From NCBI GenBank assembly GCA_963841435.1, contig CAWJCS010000002.1, forward strand, positions 640,001-704,000: 64,000 bases of DNA, written 5' to 3'. The stretch's first letter is position 1. The number at the start of each line of letters is the position of its first letter. The position numbers were made by a program, and so were the translations under genes. The notes below the pieces were generated by a model. That model was not told the DNA's origin. It searched no databases and was given only the letters and a program-made list of their open reading frames with translations. The stretch is from an uncultured delta proteobacterium. GTDB lineage: Bacteria; Myxococcota_A; Polyangia; Polyangiales; Polyangiaceae. Positions 11,993-22,735 of this stretch are shown here, piece by piece.

Positions 11993-12463
11993 GTGAAAGC
12001 TCGATGGCTCGCGGGCGCTGCGGCCGCCCTGGTTCTGCTCCTCGCCTGCGAGCGGCTCTCGACCGTCAAGCGCTGCCGGGCGCTTGCGAAGGAAGTGAAC
12101 CACGCGCTCGACGATATCGAGGCACAGAGCGAGCCGCGAACGCCCGCGGCGTACGCCGGCGCATCGCGCGGCTACGCGGCGCTTGCCCGCTCGCTGCCGA
12201 ACGACGAGCGCGACGCCGGCACCGACGCCGGCGCCGACGCCGCTGTCGTGGCCCCGCCGCCCGACGCCGGCGAGCTCGAGCGAGCGGTATCGGACTACCG
12301 CGCGACGCTCGAGGCCGCGTCGCGGGCGACGGCAGAGCTCGCCGAAGCGCTCGACGCGGGCAATCAGGCGAGCGCCGCCGTGATGCGGCGGGACCTCGAG
12401 GCGCTGTCGCAGAAGGCGAAGCTCAACGTGAAGCGCATCGACGCCACCTGCCGTCCGGACTGA
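11993..12463 (+). CDS. hypothetical helical lipoprotein
   Basis: GTG start, KARWLAGAAAALVLLLAC lipobox; TGCTATAGC -10-like element just upstream. Confidence 0.7.
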   Translation: MKARWLAGAAAALVLLLACERLSTVKRCRALAKEVNHALDDIEAQSEPRTPAAYAGASRGYAALARSLPNDERDAGTDAGADAAVVAPPPDAGELERAVSDYRATLEAASRATAELAEALDAGNQASAAVMRRDLEALSQKAKLNVKRIDATCRPD

Positions 12464-12518
12464 CCGCCGGGCGGCGGGCGGGCGCGCGCGCGCACGGGCC
12501 CGTCGCCTTTGCGGGCGT

Positions 12519-13768
12519 TCAGCGCTGTTTCGCGGGCGGCTTCTTCGCTCCCGCGTCGGCGTTCTTCTTTTCGTTCGCGGCGCGCTCCTCGATGCGAATC
12601 TGCGCGAGGCGCTCCGTGGCCGCCACGACGCGGCGCTCGCGCGCGCCGACCGTGACGCGTCCCCACACGTAGCTGATGCGACGGCGGAACGCGCCGGGAT
12701 CGTCGCCGCCCAGCAGCCAGATGTCGCGCGGATCGTTTTCGGCGTGGAGCAGCGGCGTCCAGGTGCCGCCGTTCGCCCACGCGAGGGTGCTCGGCTTGCC
12801 GAGCAGAACGCGGGCCACGAGCACGCCGCACGACGCGCGGCGTCCGCTCCCGGCGCACACGCTGAGCAGCGTGAGCTCGTCGTTGCCCGCGGGCCACCAG
12901 GTCCACGATCGCTCGGGCTCGAGTCTGCCGTGACGCAGAAGCTCGCTCCTGGCGTCGTCGGGGAGCGCGCCGAGAAGGAGCGGGACGAGCTTCGTGTCGA
13001 GCCGGTCTCTCGCTTCGAGCTTTCTCGGGTGACGGATTGCGAGCTCGACCTCGGGCACGTTGTCGGGGCCCTCGCAGCAACGAAAGCCGATCGACGCCGA
13101 GCGCAGGTCCGGCGGCCGTCCGATGGTGTTGGCGCAACGCCCGACGAGCTCGCCCGCGGGCGCGTTGCCGCCGCGCACGCTCGTGAGGCCTCGCGCCGTG
13201 CCGCGACCGAACGGGCTCTGCGTCCATTCCCACACGCCGCCGTGCAGGTCGCGCACGCCGAAGTCGCTGCGGCAGCCGACGTGAATGCCGCTCGGGCGCA
13301 TCAAGGGCTGCGTCCCCGTGCTGCAGGGCTCGGGCCGGTAGTGGTCGCCGTACTCGTAGAGGTGATTGTCGGGCCCCTTGCAGGCGCGCTCCCATTCGAG
13401 CTCACTGCACAGGCGCTTGCTGCGCTCGGCGCAGAGCTTCGTGGCCTCGTCCTTCGAGACGCTCGTGAGCGGAATGGCGCCTTCCTCGTTCGGGTAGGGG
13501 AAGACGTCGATGTAGAACGATCGCACGATGAGTTGCTCGCCTGGGACCTCCTCGTCGGCGAGTCGCGGGTAAGCGTCTTTCGGCGTGCCGACGACGAGCG
13601 CACCCGTCGGGATGAACACCATGCCCTGACGCGGCGTCGGCAAAGCCTGGGGTGGCGCGATGCTGCTCGGCCTTTTCGACCCGCTCGGGGCCGCCGCCGC
13701 AGGCTCATTTTTCGGCTTGCTGCACGCCGCGAGCGCAAGCCCGATGGCGAGGGCGAAGGACGGCGCGC

Positions 13769-13772
<4 letters not shown>
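12519..13772 (-). CDS. FGE-sulfatase (SUMF1/EgtB/PvdO family) domain lipoprotein
   Basis: LAAC lipobox; GMVFIPTG, KRLCSELEWERAC, FGVRDLHGGVWEWT, IGFRCC. Confidence 0.88.
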
Positions 13773-15199
<1,427 letters not shown>

Positions 15200-15628
15200 C
15201 GCGCTACTTTCTACGTGCGCCGCGCGCCGGCACGGACGCCGACGACGAGCAGAAAAAGTGGCCGGCGGCTCCGCTCGGGGGCAGGCCTGCCACGACCGCG
15301 GCGCGGTCGCCAATCCGAGCGGCGCTTGCGGCGAAAAGGTGCCGGCTTCGCCCACTCGAGGGCCCGCGCGGCGCGCTTCCCCAGGGCCTTGGAACCCGAG
15401 GCGAAAGGAGGCCAGGCGGACGCGTGGGTCGAATCGGTACTTCGCTAAGCGCGCGCCGGTTGGGGTGGCAAGAGGTGCCGGCAGACCAGCCGGCGCACGA
15501 GAAAGCACGCCACCTGGGACACGGCCGCGGCGGGCGTTGCGACCGTTTCGCGTGGAGTTCTCGGCGCCATCCGTGCTATTCGGTGAAAAGCGCGGGTCGT
15601 CTTTCCGCGCGCTCAGGTAAGTTCTGCG

Positions 15629-16471
15629 ATGCGCTTGGTCCTTGGTTGCATGGCGGCTCTGTCGCTCGTCGCGCGCTCGGGGTTGGCTTGGGCGGAGCAG
15701 CCCACCCACGCCTACGAGCCGTGCACGCACGAGGCGAGCGACGCCGACCTCACGGCAGCAAAAGCTGCGTTCCAGGCTGGCAACGTTTCCTTCAACGAGG
15801 CCGACTATCCCCGCGCCATCCTGTACTGGGAGGACGCGTTCCGGCGCGATTGCAGCGCGCACCCGCTGCTCTTGAACCTGGCGCGCGCCTACGAGCTCGA
15901 CGGGCAGAAGGCCCAGGCCGTCATCGCGCTGCAGACGTTCGTGGATCGCGAGCCCAACAGCACCGAGCATGCGCAGATCGCTCGCCGCATCGAGGTTCTG
16001 AACAAGCAGCTCCAGGAGGAAGAGGCCGCCACCAAGGCGCTGCCGCCGCCCCCTCCTGCGGCCGCGCCCGCGCCCACGCCCGCGCCCGCGCCGCCACCTG
16101 CAGAGCCCAGCAAATCGCCCCCCATCCTGCCGCTCGTCGTCGCCGGCGTCGGTGGTGCGATCTTCATCGCCGGCGGCGTCGTCTGGCTCGGCGCCTCCTC
16201 CGACGTTCGAAAGTACGAGAAGATTTGCCCGAAGGATCCGACTGACGGCGAGTTCAAGTGCCCGGCGGGCAGCGAGGACGCCATCGGTCCTGCGAACGAC
16301 GCCGCCAAGCGTCAGACCACCTCGGGCGTCGTGACGCTCATCGGCTTGCCGCTGCTCGCGGGCGGGCTCATCTGGTATTTCGCGTCCAACCCCTCGAAGC
16401 ACCCGGCCGCGCTCGTGACGCCCGCGCTGGGCCCGAATTTCGCGGGGGTCGCGGTCGACGGGCGTTTCTGA
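15629..16471 (+). CDS. secreted TPR-domain protein with C-terminal hydrophobic segments (myxobacterial type)
   Basis: Signal peptide AWA, TPR helices (LLLNLARAYE), Pro linker, ends GVAVDGRF. Confidence 0.82.
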   Translation: MRLVLGCMAALSLVARSGLAWAEQPTHAYEPCTHEASDADLTAAKAAFQAGNVSFNEADYPRAILYWEDAFRRDCSAHPLLLNLARAYELDGQKAQAVIALQTFVDREPNSTEHAQIARRIEVLNKQLQEEEAATKALPPPPPAAAPAPTPAPAPPPAEPSKSPPILPLVVAGVGGAIFIAGGVVWLGASSDVRKYEKICPKDPTDGEFKCPAGSEDAIGPANDAAKRQTTSGVVTLIGLPLLAGGLIWYFASNPSKHPAALVTPALGPNFAGVAVDGRF

Positions 16472-16474
16472 CCC

Positions 16475-16726
16475 TCAGCGTCCGCCGTCCGAGCTCGGGG
16501 TGCTCGAGCCCGGGGGTGTCTTGCCGTCGTCGGGATGGGCGTCGCCGTCTGCGGGTGCCACGCCGCCGAGCTCGCCGGGCAGCGTGGTCGCGCTGCGGTC
16601 GTAGTGGACGTTGTCGGGGGTGGGCTCCAGCGGCGGCGGCGTTTCGCTGGACAATCCACCGCAGCTCGCGAGGGGTGCGAAGAGCACGGCGCCGACAATG
16701 GCTCCCGCTAGGACTCGCGCGTGCAT
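16475..16726 (-). CDS. small hypothetical lipoprotein
   Basis: MHARVLAGAIVGAVLFAPLASC lipobox; fills the gap between the TPR gene and ruvA. Confidence 0.55.
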   Translation of the reverse strand: MHARVLAGAIVGAVLFAPLASCGGLSSETPPPLEPTPDNVHYDRSATTLPGELGGVAPADGDAHPDDGKTPPGSSTPSSDGGR

Positions 16727-16775
16727 GCTCGGCTCCCGATAGCACGGCTCCCGCAAGCTGGTAACCTCGCCGCGC

Positions 16776-17372
16776 ATGATCGGCTGGCTGCGCGGGCGCG
16801 TCCTCTCCGACGAGGTCGGGGGACAGGTCGTGATCAACGTCGGCGGCGTCGGGTACGAGCTCAGCGTGCCGCTCGGCTCGCTCGGGCGTGCGCGCGGCAC
16901 CGATGGCGACGTGGAGCTCTTCGTCCACACGCACGTGCGCGAAGACGCGCTCGAGCTCTTCGGCTTCGCGAGCGAGGCCGACCGGCGCGTCTTCCGCCAG
17001 CTGCTCGACGTTCCGAACATCGGCCCGCGGACCGCCCTCGGCGTGCTCAGCGTGCTGCCCACGAGCGACCTCGCGCGTGCCGTGAGCGAGGGCGACCATG
17101 TGGGCCTGGCACGCGTGCCGGGGATCGGCAAGAAGACGGCCGAGCGGATGGTGCTCGAGCTCAAGGGAAAGCTTTTGGTCAACGGTGAGCCCGCGAAAGC
17201 GGTGGGCCCGTCGGCCAGGTCCAGCGACGCGCGCGCCCGGCTCATGAGCGCGCTGACGAAGATGGGTTACCGAGCGTCCGAAGCCGAACGGGCGGTCGCA
17301 AGCCTGTCGGCCGACATCGAGCAAACGCCGCTGAGCGAGCTCCTGAAACAGGCGTTGGCTCGGCTGGGCTGA
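16776..17372 (+). CDS. ruvA: Holliday junction branch migration protein RuvA
   Basis: MIGWLRG, GVGYEL, HTHVRED...LFGF, VPGIGKKTAERMVLEL, ALTKMGY. Confidence 0.97.
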   Translation: MIGWLRGRVLSDEVGGQVVINVGGVGYELSVPLGSLGRARGTDGDVELFVHTHVREDALELFGFASEADRRVFRQLLDVPNIGPRTALGVLSVLPTSDLARAVSEGDHVGLARVPGIGKKTAERMVLELKGKLLVNGEPAKAVGPSARSSDARARLMSALTKMGYRASEAERAVASLSADIEQTPLSELLKQALARLG

Positions 17373-17394
17373 TGCCGCGCCCGCGGAAGGACCC

Positions 17395-17424
17395 TTGACC
17401 CCCCAAAGCTGGCATGGGTAGATT
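17395..17424 (+). promoter_or_regulatory. putative sigma70 promoter of the FHA gene
   Basis: TTGACC-N18-TAGATT, followed by GGAGG at 17481 and TTG start at 17492. Confidence 0.5.
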
Positions 17425-17491
17425 CGACTGATCCGCGGTGGGCCCGGTAGCGGGCCATGTTGAAGGCGGGGTCCCGTTCCGGAGGCCGATT

Positions 17492-18523
17492 TTGATTACC
17501 TGTCCGAAGTGCGGCAAGGAGAACCAGGACCACTACAAGTTCTGTCTCGGTTGCGGTGCGGAGCTGCCGAGAGCTGGCGCTGCGAAGCCGTTCAGCGCGC
17601 AGACGCCACCGCAAGGTGTGCCCCAAGTTTCGGCACCGCGCGCCGGTGCGCCCGCTCAGGCGGCGGCACCAGCGGCAACGCCTTCGGGCGCTCCGCGCGC
17701 CGTTCCGTCCGGGGCACCTGCCGCGTCCGCGGGGCAAGCCGCGAGCGTCGCGTGCCCGCAGTGCGGACATGGCAACGTGCCCGGCAATCGCTTCTGCGCC
17801 TCGTGCGGCTACAATCTCTCGGCACTCTCCGGAACGCAGGCGATGCCGCCGGGTGCGGCCGCCGCGGCTCCCACGGCGAGCGGCGGAAAATCCGTGATGC
17901 TGACGGCGCTGCGCGCCGACGGCACCGAGGCCGGACAGTTTCGTCTTCCTGACGGACCGCAGGTCTCGGTCGGTCGCGACACGGGGTCGATCTTCGCGGG
18001 CGATAGCTACCTCTCACCCCGTCACGCGACGTTTTCCCGGCGCGGCCCGCAGCTCTTCATCAAGGACGAAGGCTCGCTCAACGGCGTTTACCTGAAGCTC
18101 AAGCCGAACGATCCGTGCCTGCTAGAATTCGGTGACGTCTTCCGCATCGGGCAGGAAATCATCCGTTTCGAGGAGCTCAAGGGCCCGGGCCCCTCGCCCG
18201 ACGGCGTCGAGCGGCTCGGCAGCCCGGCCAAGGGCTACATCGGTCGGCTCGCGCTCGTGATCGGCCGCGACACGACCGGCAACGCGTTTCCCATTCCGGA
18301 GCGCGGCGTGCACTGTGGTCGCGAGCGCGGCGACATCCTCTTCTCGGAGGACGGCTACGTCTCGGGGCTTCACTGCCGCGTGGCGCGCGGCACCGACGGC
18401 AAGGTGTACGTCACCGACGTCGGTAGCTCGAACGGCAGCTTCGTGCGGATAGGCGGCGAGCGACCGCTCGAGGGCGGCGACATCTTGTTGATGGGGCAGC
18501 AGCTCTTTCGCGTCGATCTCTGA
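17492..18523 (+). CDS. zinc-ribbon plus tandem FHA domain protein
   Basis: CPKC..CLGC and CPQC..CASC ribbons; FHA motifs VGR..SPRHA..GSLNG and CGR..SGLHC..GSSNG. Confidence 0.9.
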   Translation: MITCPKCGKENQDHYKFCLGCGAELPRAGAAKPFSAQTPPQGVPQVSAPRAGAPAQAAAPAATPSGAPRAVPSGAPAASAGQAASVACPQCGHGNVPGNRFCASCGYNLSALSGTQAMPPGAAAAAPTASGGKSVMLTALRADGTEAGQFRLPDGPQVSVGRDTGSIFAGDSYLSPRHATFSRRGPQLFIKDEGSLNGVYLKLKPNDPCLLEFGDVFRIGQEIIRFEELKGPGPSPDGVERLGSPAKGYIGRLALVIGRDTTGNAFPIPERGVHCGRERGDILFSEDGYVSGLHCRVARGTDGKVYVTDVGSSNGSFVRIGGERPLEGGDILLMGQQLFRVDL

Positions 18524-18558
18524 CGGTTCGCTCACGGGGCGAGCTCGACCGCACGTCC

Positions 18559-18954
18559 ATGGGCATTCCGACCACCATTCGCGTCGTCGCTGCCGTCATC
18601 GCGCGCGAGGGCGCGTACCTCATCACCCAGCGCCGGGCGAGCGCCGTTTTGCCGCTGCTCTGGGAGTTTCCCGGTGGCCGCGTGGAGCCCGGCGAGACCG
18701 ACGCTCAGGCCCTGCGCCGCGAGCTCAAACACCGGCTCAACGTCGAGATCGACCCGGGAAAGCTCATCAGTTTCGTGACCCATCCGTACGAAAAATACGC
18801 CGTCGATCTCTACCTCTACGAGTGCGCGCTCTCGCGCGGCGAGCCGCGCCCCGCGAACGTCGCCGATTTTCGCTGGGTCCTAAGCAGCGACTTCGACCGC
18901 TATCCGTTCACGCCCGCCGACGAGCGCTCGATGACCAAGCTGCTCGGGCTCTGA
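18559..18954 (+). CDS. MutT/NudG-like Nudix protein with degenerate Nudix box
   Basis: VVAAVI...YLITQRR...WEFPGGRVEPGET...RRELKHRL...FTPAD. Confidence 0.88.
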   Translation: MGIPTTIRVVAAVIAREGAYLITQRRASAVLPLLWEFPGGRVEPGETDAQALRRELKHRLNVEIDPGKLISFVTHPYEKYAVDLYLYECALSRGEPRPANVADFRWVLSSDFDRYPFTPADERSMTKLLGL

Positions 18955-19018
18955 GGCTCGTTGCGTCACGCCGCCCCGGGCTCGCGCAACCGCGGCCAGG
19001 CATGGACGATGGGAGGGC

Positions 19019-19675
19019 ATGCTCGCTCGCCTGGCGCGCGCGCTCGAAGCGTTGCCCGCGGCGCTCGAAGCGACCCTCTTGCCGCGCGACTGCTCCGCCT
19101 GCGGCGCGGCGCTCGGCCGTCGGCACACGTTCTGCGCGACGTGTGATCGGGTGCTCGACGACGCGAGCGGTTGGATTCACGGGGTGCCGCTCGTCTGCGC
19201 CGGCCCGTACGCGCCGCCGCTCTCGACGGCCATCGGCCGCCTGAAGTTCCAGCGCCGAGCGGACCTCGCGGCCGAGCTGGCGCGCTTGCTCGTCGTACGT
19301 TCACGCACGCTCGAGCTCGTGCGCGACGACGCGTGGGTGCCGGTGCCGCTCCATCGCGGCAGGCTCGTGGAACGCGGCTTCAACCAGGCGGCGCTCGTCG
19401 CCCGCAGTCTCGCACGAGCGACGGGGTCGAGCTTTGCGCCGCGGGTGCTCGAGCGTCGTCGCGCGACCGAGCAACAGGCGCTGCTCGGTCGCGCTGCGCG
19501 GGCGGACAACGTTCGTGGCGCGTTCGTCGTGCGGCGTCCTTGGACCGCCGGTCGCGTCGTCCTGGTCGACAACGTCGTCACGACGGGCGCGACGCTCGGC
19601 GCCTGCATCGAGGCCCTGCGCGGCGCTGAATGCGAGGTGCACGCCGTGGTCGCTTTGGCGCGGGCGGCGGGGTAG
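19019..19675 (+). CDS. comF: ComF family phosphoribosyltransferase-like protein
   Basis: CxxC..CxxC N-terminus, VPVPLH..RLVERGFNQA, LVDNVVTTGATL. Confidence 0.9.
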   Translation: MLARLARALEALPAALEATLLPRDCSACGAALGRRHTFCATCDRVLDDASGWIHGVPLVCAGPYAPPLSTAIGRLKFQRRADLAAELARLLVVRSRTLELVRDDAWVPVPLHRGRLVERGFNQAALVARSLARATGSSFAPRVLERRRATEQQALLGRAARADNVRGAFVVRRPWTAGRVVLVDNVVTTGATLGACIEALRGAECEVHAVVALARAAG

Positions 19676-19721
19676 ACTCGCATTCACGCCGCGCGGCCGC
19701 TTCGGCCCGCCCCCTGGAGCG

Positions 19722-21836
19722 ATGACCGACGCCCACGACGACGCGAGACAATGGGCATGGATCGCACCCGACGGCGGCGAAGCCTCGGGTCGCGCGACGG
19801 ATCTCGCGGCGCGGCTGCGCTCGGGGGCGCTGCCGCCTTCCACCTGGGTATGGCGCGCGAACTGGCTCGAATGGATGCCGGCGACACGCGTCGCCGCCTT
19901 GCGGGTCGCATTGCCGGGAGACAAGGTCGAGCCGCCGCGGGAGCCTCGCGTCGGGCCGCACGGGCTCAAGCCGCCCCCGCGTCCGCCGTTGCTACCGCCG
20001 CCTGCCCCCGTCCGCCTCCCGCGCCCGCCCGGCGCCGGACCGGAGCCGCCTGCCGCGGGCGGCGGTGCCGCCCATGCAGCGGACCGGCCGAGCAGCTTCG
20101 GCGTGCTCGGCCGGCCGCGTGGCGCGAGCGTGCTCGGTCCGCGCGGGTCGCCGACCGGCACGAGCACGCTGCCGCGCGCGCCACAGCCCACGCTGACGGA
20201 CGACCCCGTCGGCGCCCGGACGACATTGCGCCCACCGGGTGCCGTGCCTCCGCCGCCGCGCGGTGGGCCGCTCGTCGGCGCGCCGCGTGTGCGGCCCGAG
20301 GAGGAAGCCGTCACGGTGCGCCGGCCGCCACCCGCGCTCGGCAGCGCTTCGGCGTCGCGCGACACGCTTGCCGACGTGACCGAACGTGCACCGGGCCCTC
20401 CGCCGACCGTGCTGCCGTCCGAGCTGCGCCCAGCCGTCGTCCTGCCGGGCGCGCCCACGGCAGTGACCATTCAGCCTGCTTCGACCGAGCACGGTTCCCG
20501 AACGTCGCCCGCGGCCGTCAACTTCGATTCCACGCTAGGCTCCACGCCGTTCGAAGCCGTTCCCGAGCGGGAGCCGGGCCCCCCGAGCACGACGCTCGAG
20601 AGCGCGGGGCCGCCCGTTTCCGTGCCGGGGCCGCCCCCGCCCTCGGACGCCCTTTCACCCGCGCCCGTTCAGGCGGGCGAGCTCGTGCCCGTCCCGAGTG
20701 TGCCGCGTGCAGCCTGGATTGGGATCTTTCTGCTCGGGGCCGTGGTCCTCCTGCTCTCGGTGGGGCTCACGGCGCTCGTCGTCGGCCGCTTGCGTGAAGG
20801 CTCGGAGACACGCGCGAGCGTGCCGAGCGCAGCGGTGCCACCCGTCGCGAGCTCGGCGCCCGCGGCACAGGGGTGCGTGCCCCTTGCGCCTGCCGCGCGC
20901 CTGTCGTCGGGCGTGCACCGCGCCGTGCAGCCCGCGTTCGCCGAGCTCGGCGCCGGAGAGCGTGTCGCCGTGGGTCTCGCCGAAACGCCGAAGGTGGCGC
21001 TCGGGCTGGTCGTGAACCCTGCGACCCTCGACGTCGAGCGTGCCTTCGAGCAACCCGGCGACGACACCGTGCACGGCGTCGTGCCGCTCGCCGCGCCAGG
21101 CGGTCCGACGTTCGCCGTGGATCGCGCGGGGCCCGATCTCACGGACGTGCGGACGCTTTCGCCGGGGGTCGTGCTCGGCGCGAGCGGCGACGATTGGGTG
21201 CGCGTCGTGGGCGGTAGGTCGGAAGTGCTCTGGGCGGGCGCCGCCGCCGACCGAGTGACCGAGCCGCGCGTTGCCCGAAACGACACCGGTCACCTCGTGA
21301 CGTTTCGTCGTGGGGGGCTCGGCGGTCGCGTCTACTACGCGTGGCTCGCACCGGACGGCAAGCCGCTCGCCCCCCCCGTCGCTCTCGAGGTGCCGGGCGT
21401 GACGCAGTCGGGAACCCCCGACGCCGCGGCGGGGCCGCACGGCGGCCTCCTCGCCTTCGCCGGGCGCATGTCGCCAAAGGAGCCGTGGCGCGTGCTGCTC
21501 GCCACGGCGCCCGTCGGCAAGAAGCCGCTCGTCAAGGCGTTCGAGACGCCGCCGGGCGGTGCCGGAGGGGGCAGCATCGCCCCGAGCGTGAGCCGACTGG
21601 GGTCGGTCGGCTGGATCTTGCAGTGGACCGAGGGCACCTCGGGGAAGTACCAAGTGCGAGTGCAACGGCTGTCCCCCGCGCTCGAGCCGCTCGGCGATGC
21701 GCAGCAGGTCTCGCCCAAGGGGGCGAACGCCGGTCAGGGCGCGGCCTTTGCCGCCGGTCAGCGCGTGCTTTCCGTTTTCGTGCAAACCACGGCCGGGCAC
21801 GACGAGCTCTGGGGAGCGAGCCTGACGTGCGATTGA
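19722..21836 (+). CDS. GYF_2 (DUF4339) domain single-pass membrane protein with large exported domain
   Basis: LPPSTWVWRANWLEWMP GYF_2 motif, long Pro-rich region, TM (WIGIFLLGAVVLLLSVGL), beta-rich C-terminus. Confidence 0.75.
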   Translation: MTDAHDDARQWAWIAPDGGEASGRATDLAARLRSGALPPSTWVWRANWLEWMPATRVAALRVALPGDKVEPPREPRVGPHGLKPPPRPPLLPPPAPVRLPRPPGAGPEPPAAGGGAAHAADRPSSFGVLGRPRGASVLGPRGSPTGTSTLPRAPQPTLTDDPVGARTTLRPPGAVPPPPRGGPLVGAPRVRPEEEAVTVRRPPPALGSASASRDTLADVTERAPGPPPTVLPSELRPAVVLPGAPTAVTIQPASTEHGSRTSPAAVNFDSTLGSTPFEAVPEREPGPPSTTLESAGPPVSVPGPPPPSDALSPAPVQAGELVPVPSVPRAAWIGIFLLGAVVLLLSVGLTALVVGRLREGSETRASVPSAAVPPVASSAPAAQGCVPLAPAARLSSGVHRAVQPAFAELGAGERVAVGLAETPKVALGLVVNPATLDVERAFEQPGDDTVHGVVPLAAPGGPTFAVDRAGPDLTDVRTLSPGVVLGASGDDWVRVVGGRSEVLWAGAAADRVTEPRVARNDTGHLVTFRRGGLGGRVYYAWLAPDGKPLAPPVALEVPGVTQSGTPDAAAGPHGGLLAFAGRMSPKEPWRVLLATAPVGKKPLVKAFETPPGGAGGGSIAPSVSRLGSVGWILQWTEGTSGKYQVRVQRLSPALEPLGDAQQVSPKGANAGQGAAFAAGQRVLSVFVQTTAGHDELWGASLTCD

Positions 21837-22672
21837 CGGCAGCGACCCTCGTCGCCTTCAGCCTTGCGGCGTTTCCCGGCTGCCGCTCCTACTTCTACCC
21901 GGAGCCGACCCACGTCGCGCAGGGGCGCTACTACGCGGCTGGAGCGCCGGACTACGACGAGTTCTTCCTCGAGCTCTACCGGACGCAGGTGGCGCTCAAA
22001 GAAGCTCCGGACGAGCTTCTGGCGGGTCGCCGCGCGCTCGAAGAGGGGCTCGGGTTGACGGCGGGCGCGAGCAAGGACGCGCTCGAGAGTGGGCTGCGTG
22101 CCCGCGCGAGCTCCCTCGCAGCCAAGGGCATCGTGCTCAGCATCCAGCGAGATTCGACCGGCAAGAGCTCCCTCTCGCGCCGTGGCAAGCCCAGCGCCGA
22201 CGACGACGTGAAGCTCGTGGCAACGCTCACCGATCTCGTGGCGACGATCGGAGCGCTGCGCGAGCGCGTGCCCGGCTTCGCGAAGGATCTCGACACGCTG
22301 CCGGTGCGCGGCGTCGCGCTCGAGCGCAACGTCAACGACGTGTTCCGTACCAAGGGGGTCGGAAAGCGCGGCGAGGTGCGCGACAATCTCGCCGACGCGC
22401 AGAAGGTCATGGGCCTCATGCGCCCGCTACTCAAAGACGTGGATGCTCGCTCGGCCGAGCTCTTTTCGATCCTCACCGATGTGCTGCGTCCGGCTCCGCC
22501 GCCTCCGCCGGCTCCCGAGCCCGAAGCGGCCGAGCCACCGCAGCTCCGGCCCCACGCTCCGCGCGCCCGGCCAAGGTCACCCAAACCTGCCGCCGCGCGG
22601 CCCGCTTCGCCGCCGCCCGCCGCCCCGAGTCCCAAGCCCGCCGGCCCCGCCAAGCCCGATTTCGAGCCCTGA
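21827..22672 (+). CDS. hypothetical lipoprotein with Pro-rich tail
   Basis: GTG overlapping the upstream stop; FPGC lipobox; ends ...DFEP. Confidence 0.7.
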   Translation: MRLTAATLVAFSLAAFPGCRSYFYPEPTHVAQGRYYAAGAPDYDEFFLELYRTQVALKEAPDELLAGRRALEEGLGLTAGASKDALESGLRARASSLAAKGIVLSIQRDSTGKSSLSRRGKPSADDDVKLVATLTDLVATIGALRERVPGFAKDLDTLPVRGVALERNVNDVFRTKGVGKRGEVRDNLADAQKVMGLMRPLLKDVDARSAELFSILTDVLRPAPPPPPAPEPEAAEPPQLRPHAPRARPRSPKPAAARPASPPPAAPSPKPAGPAKPDFEP

Positions 22673-22735
22673 CACCGCCCGGGGCCTCTGCGGCGCTCGC
22701 GTCGAACCTCGGCGTGCGTTCGCGCCGGGGCGCGT

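Noticed and set aside
15200-16402. Long N-terminal extension of the NtrC ORF (877 aa)
   Set aside because: Overlaps the intergenic region and the opposite-strand TPR gene; the receiver domain starts at 15199. The same artefact affects track ORFs 51775..54933, 45676..48105 and 55469..57838.
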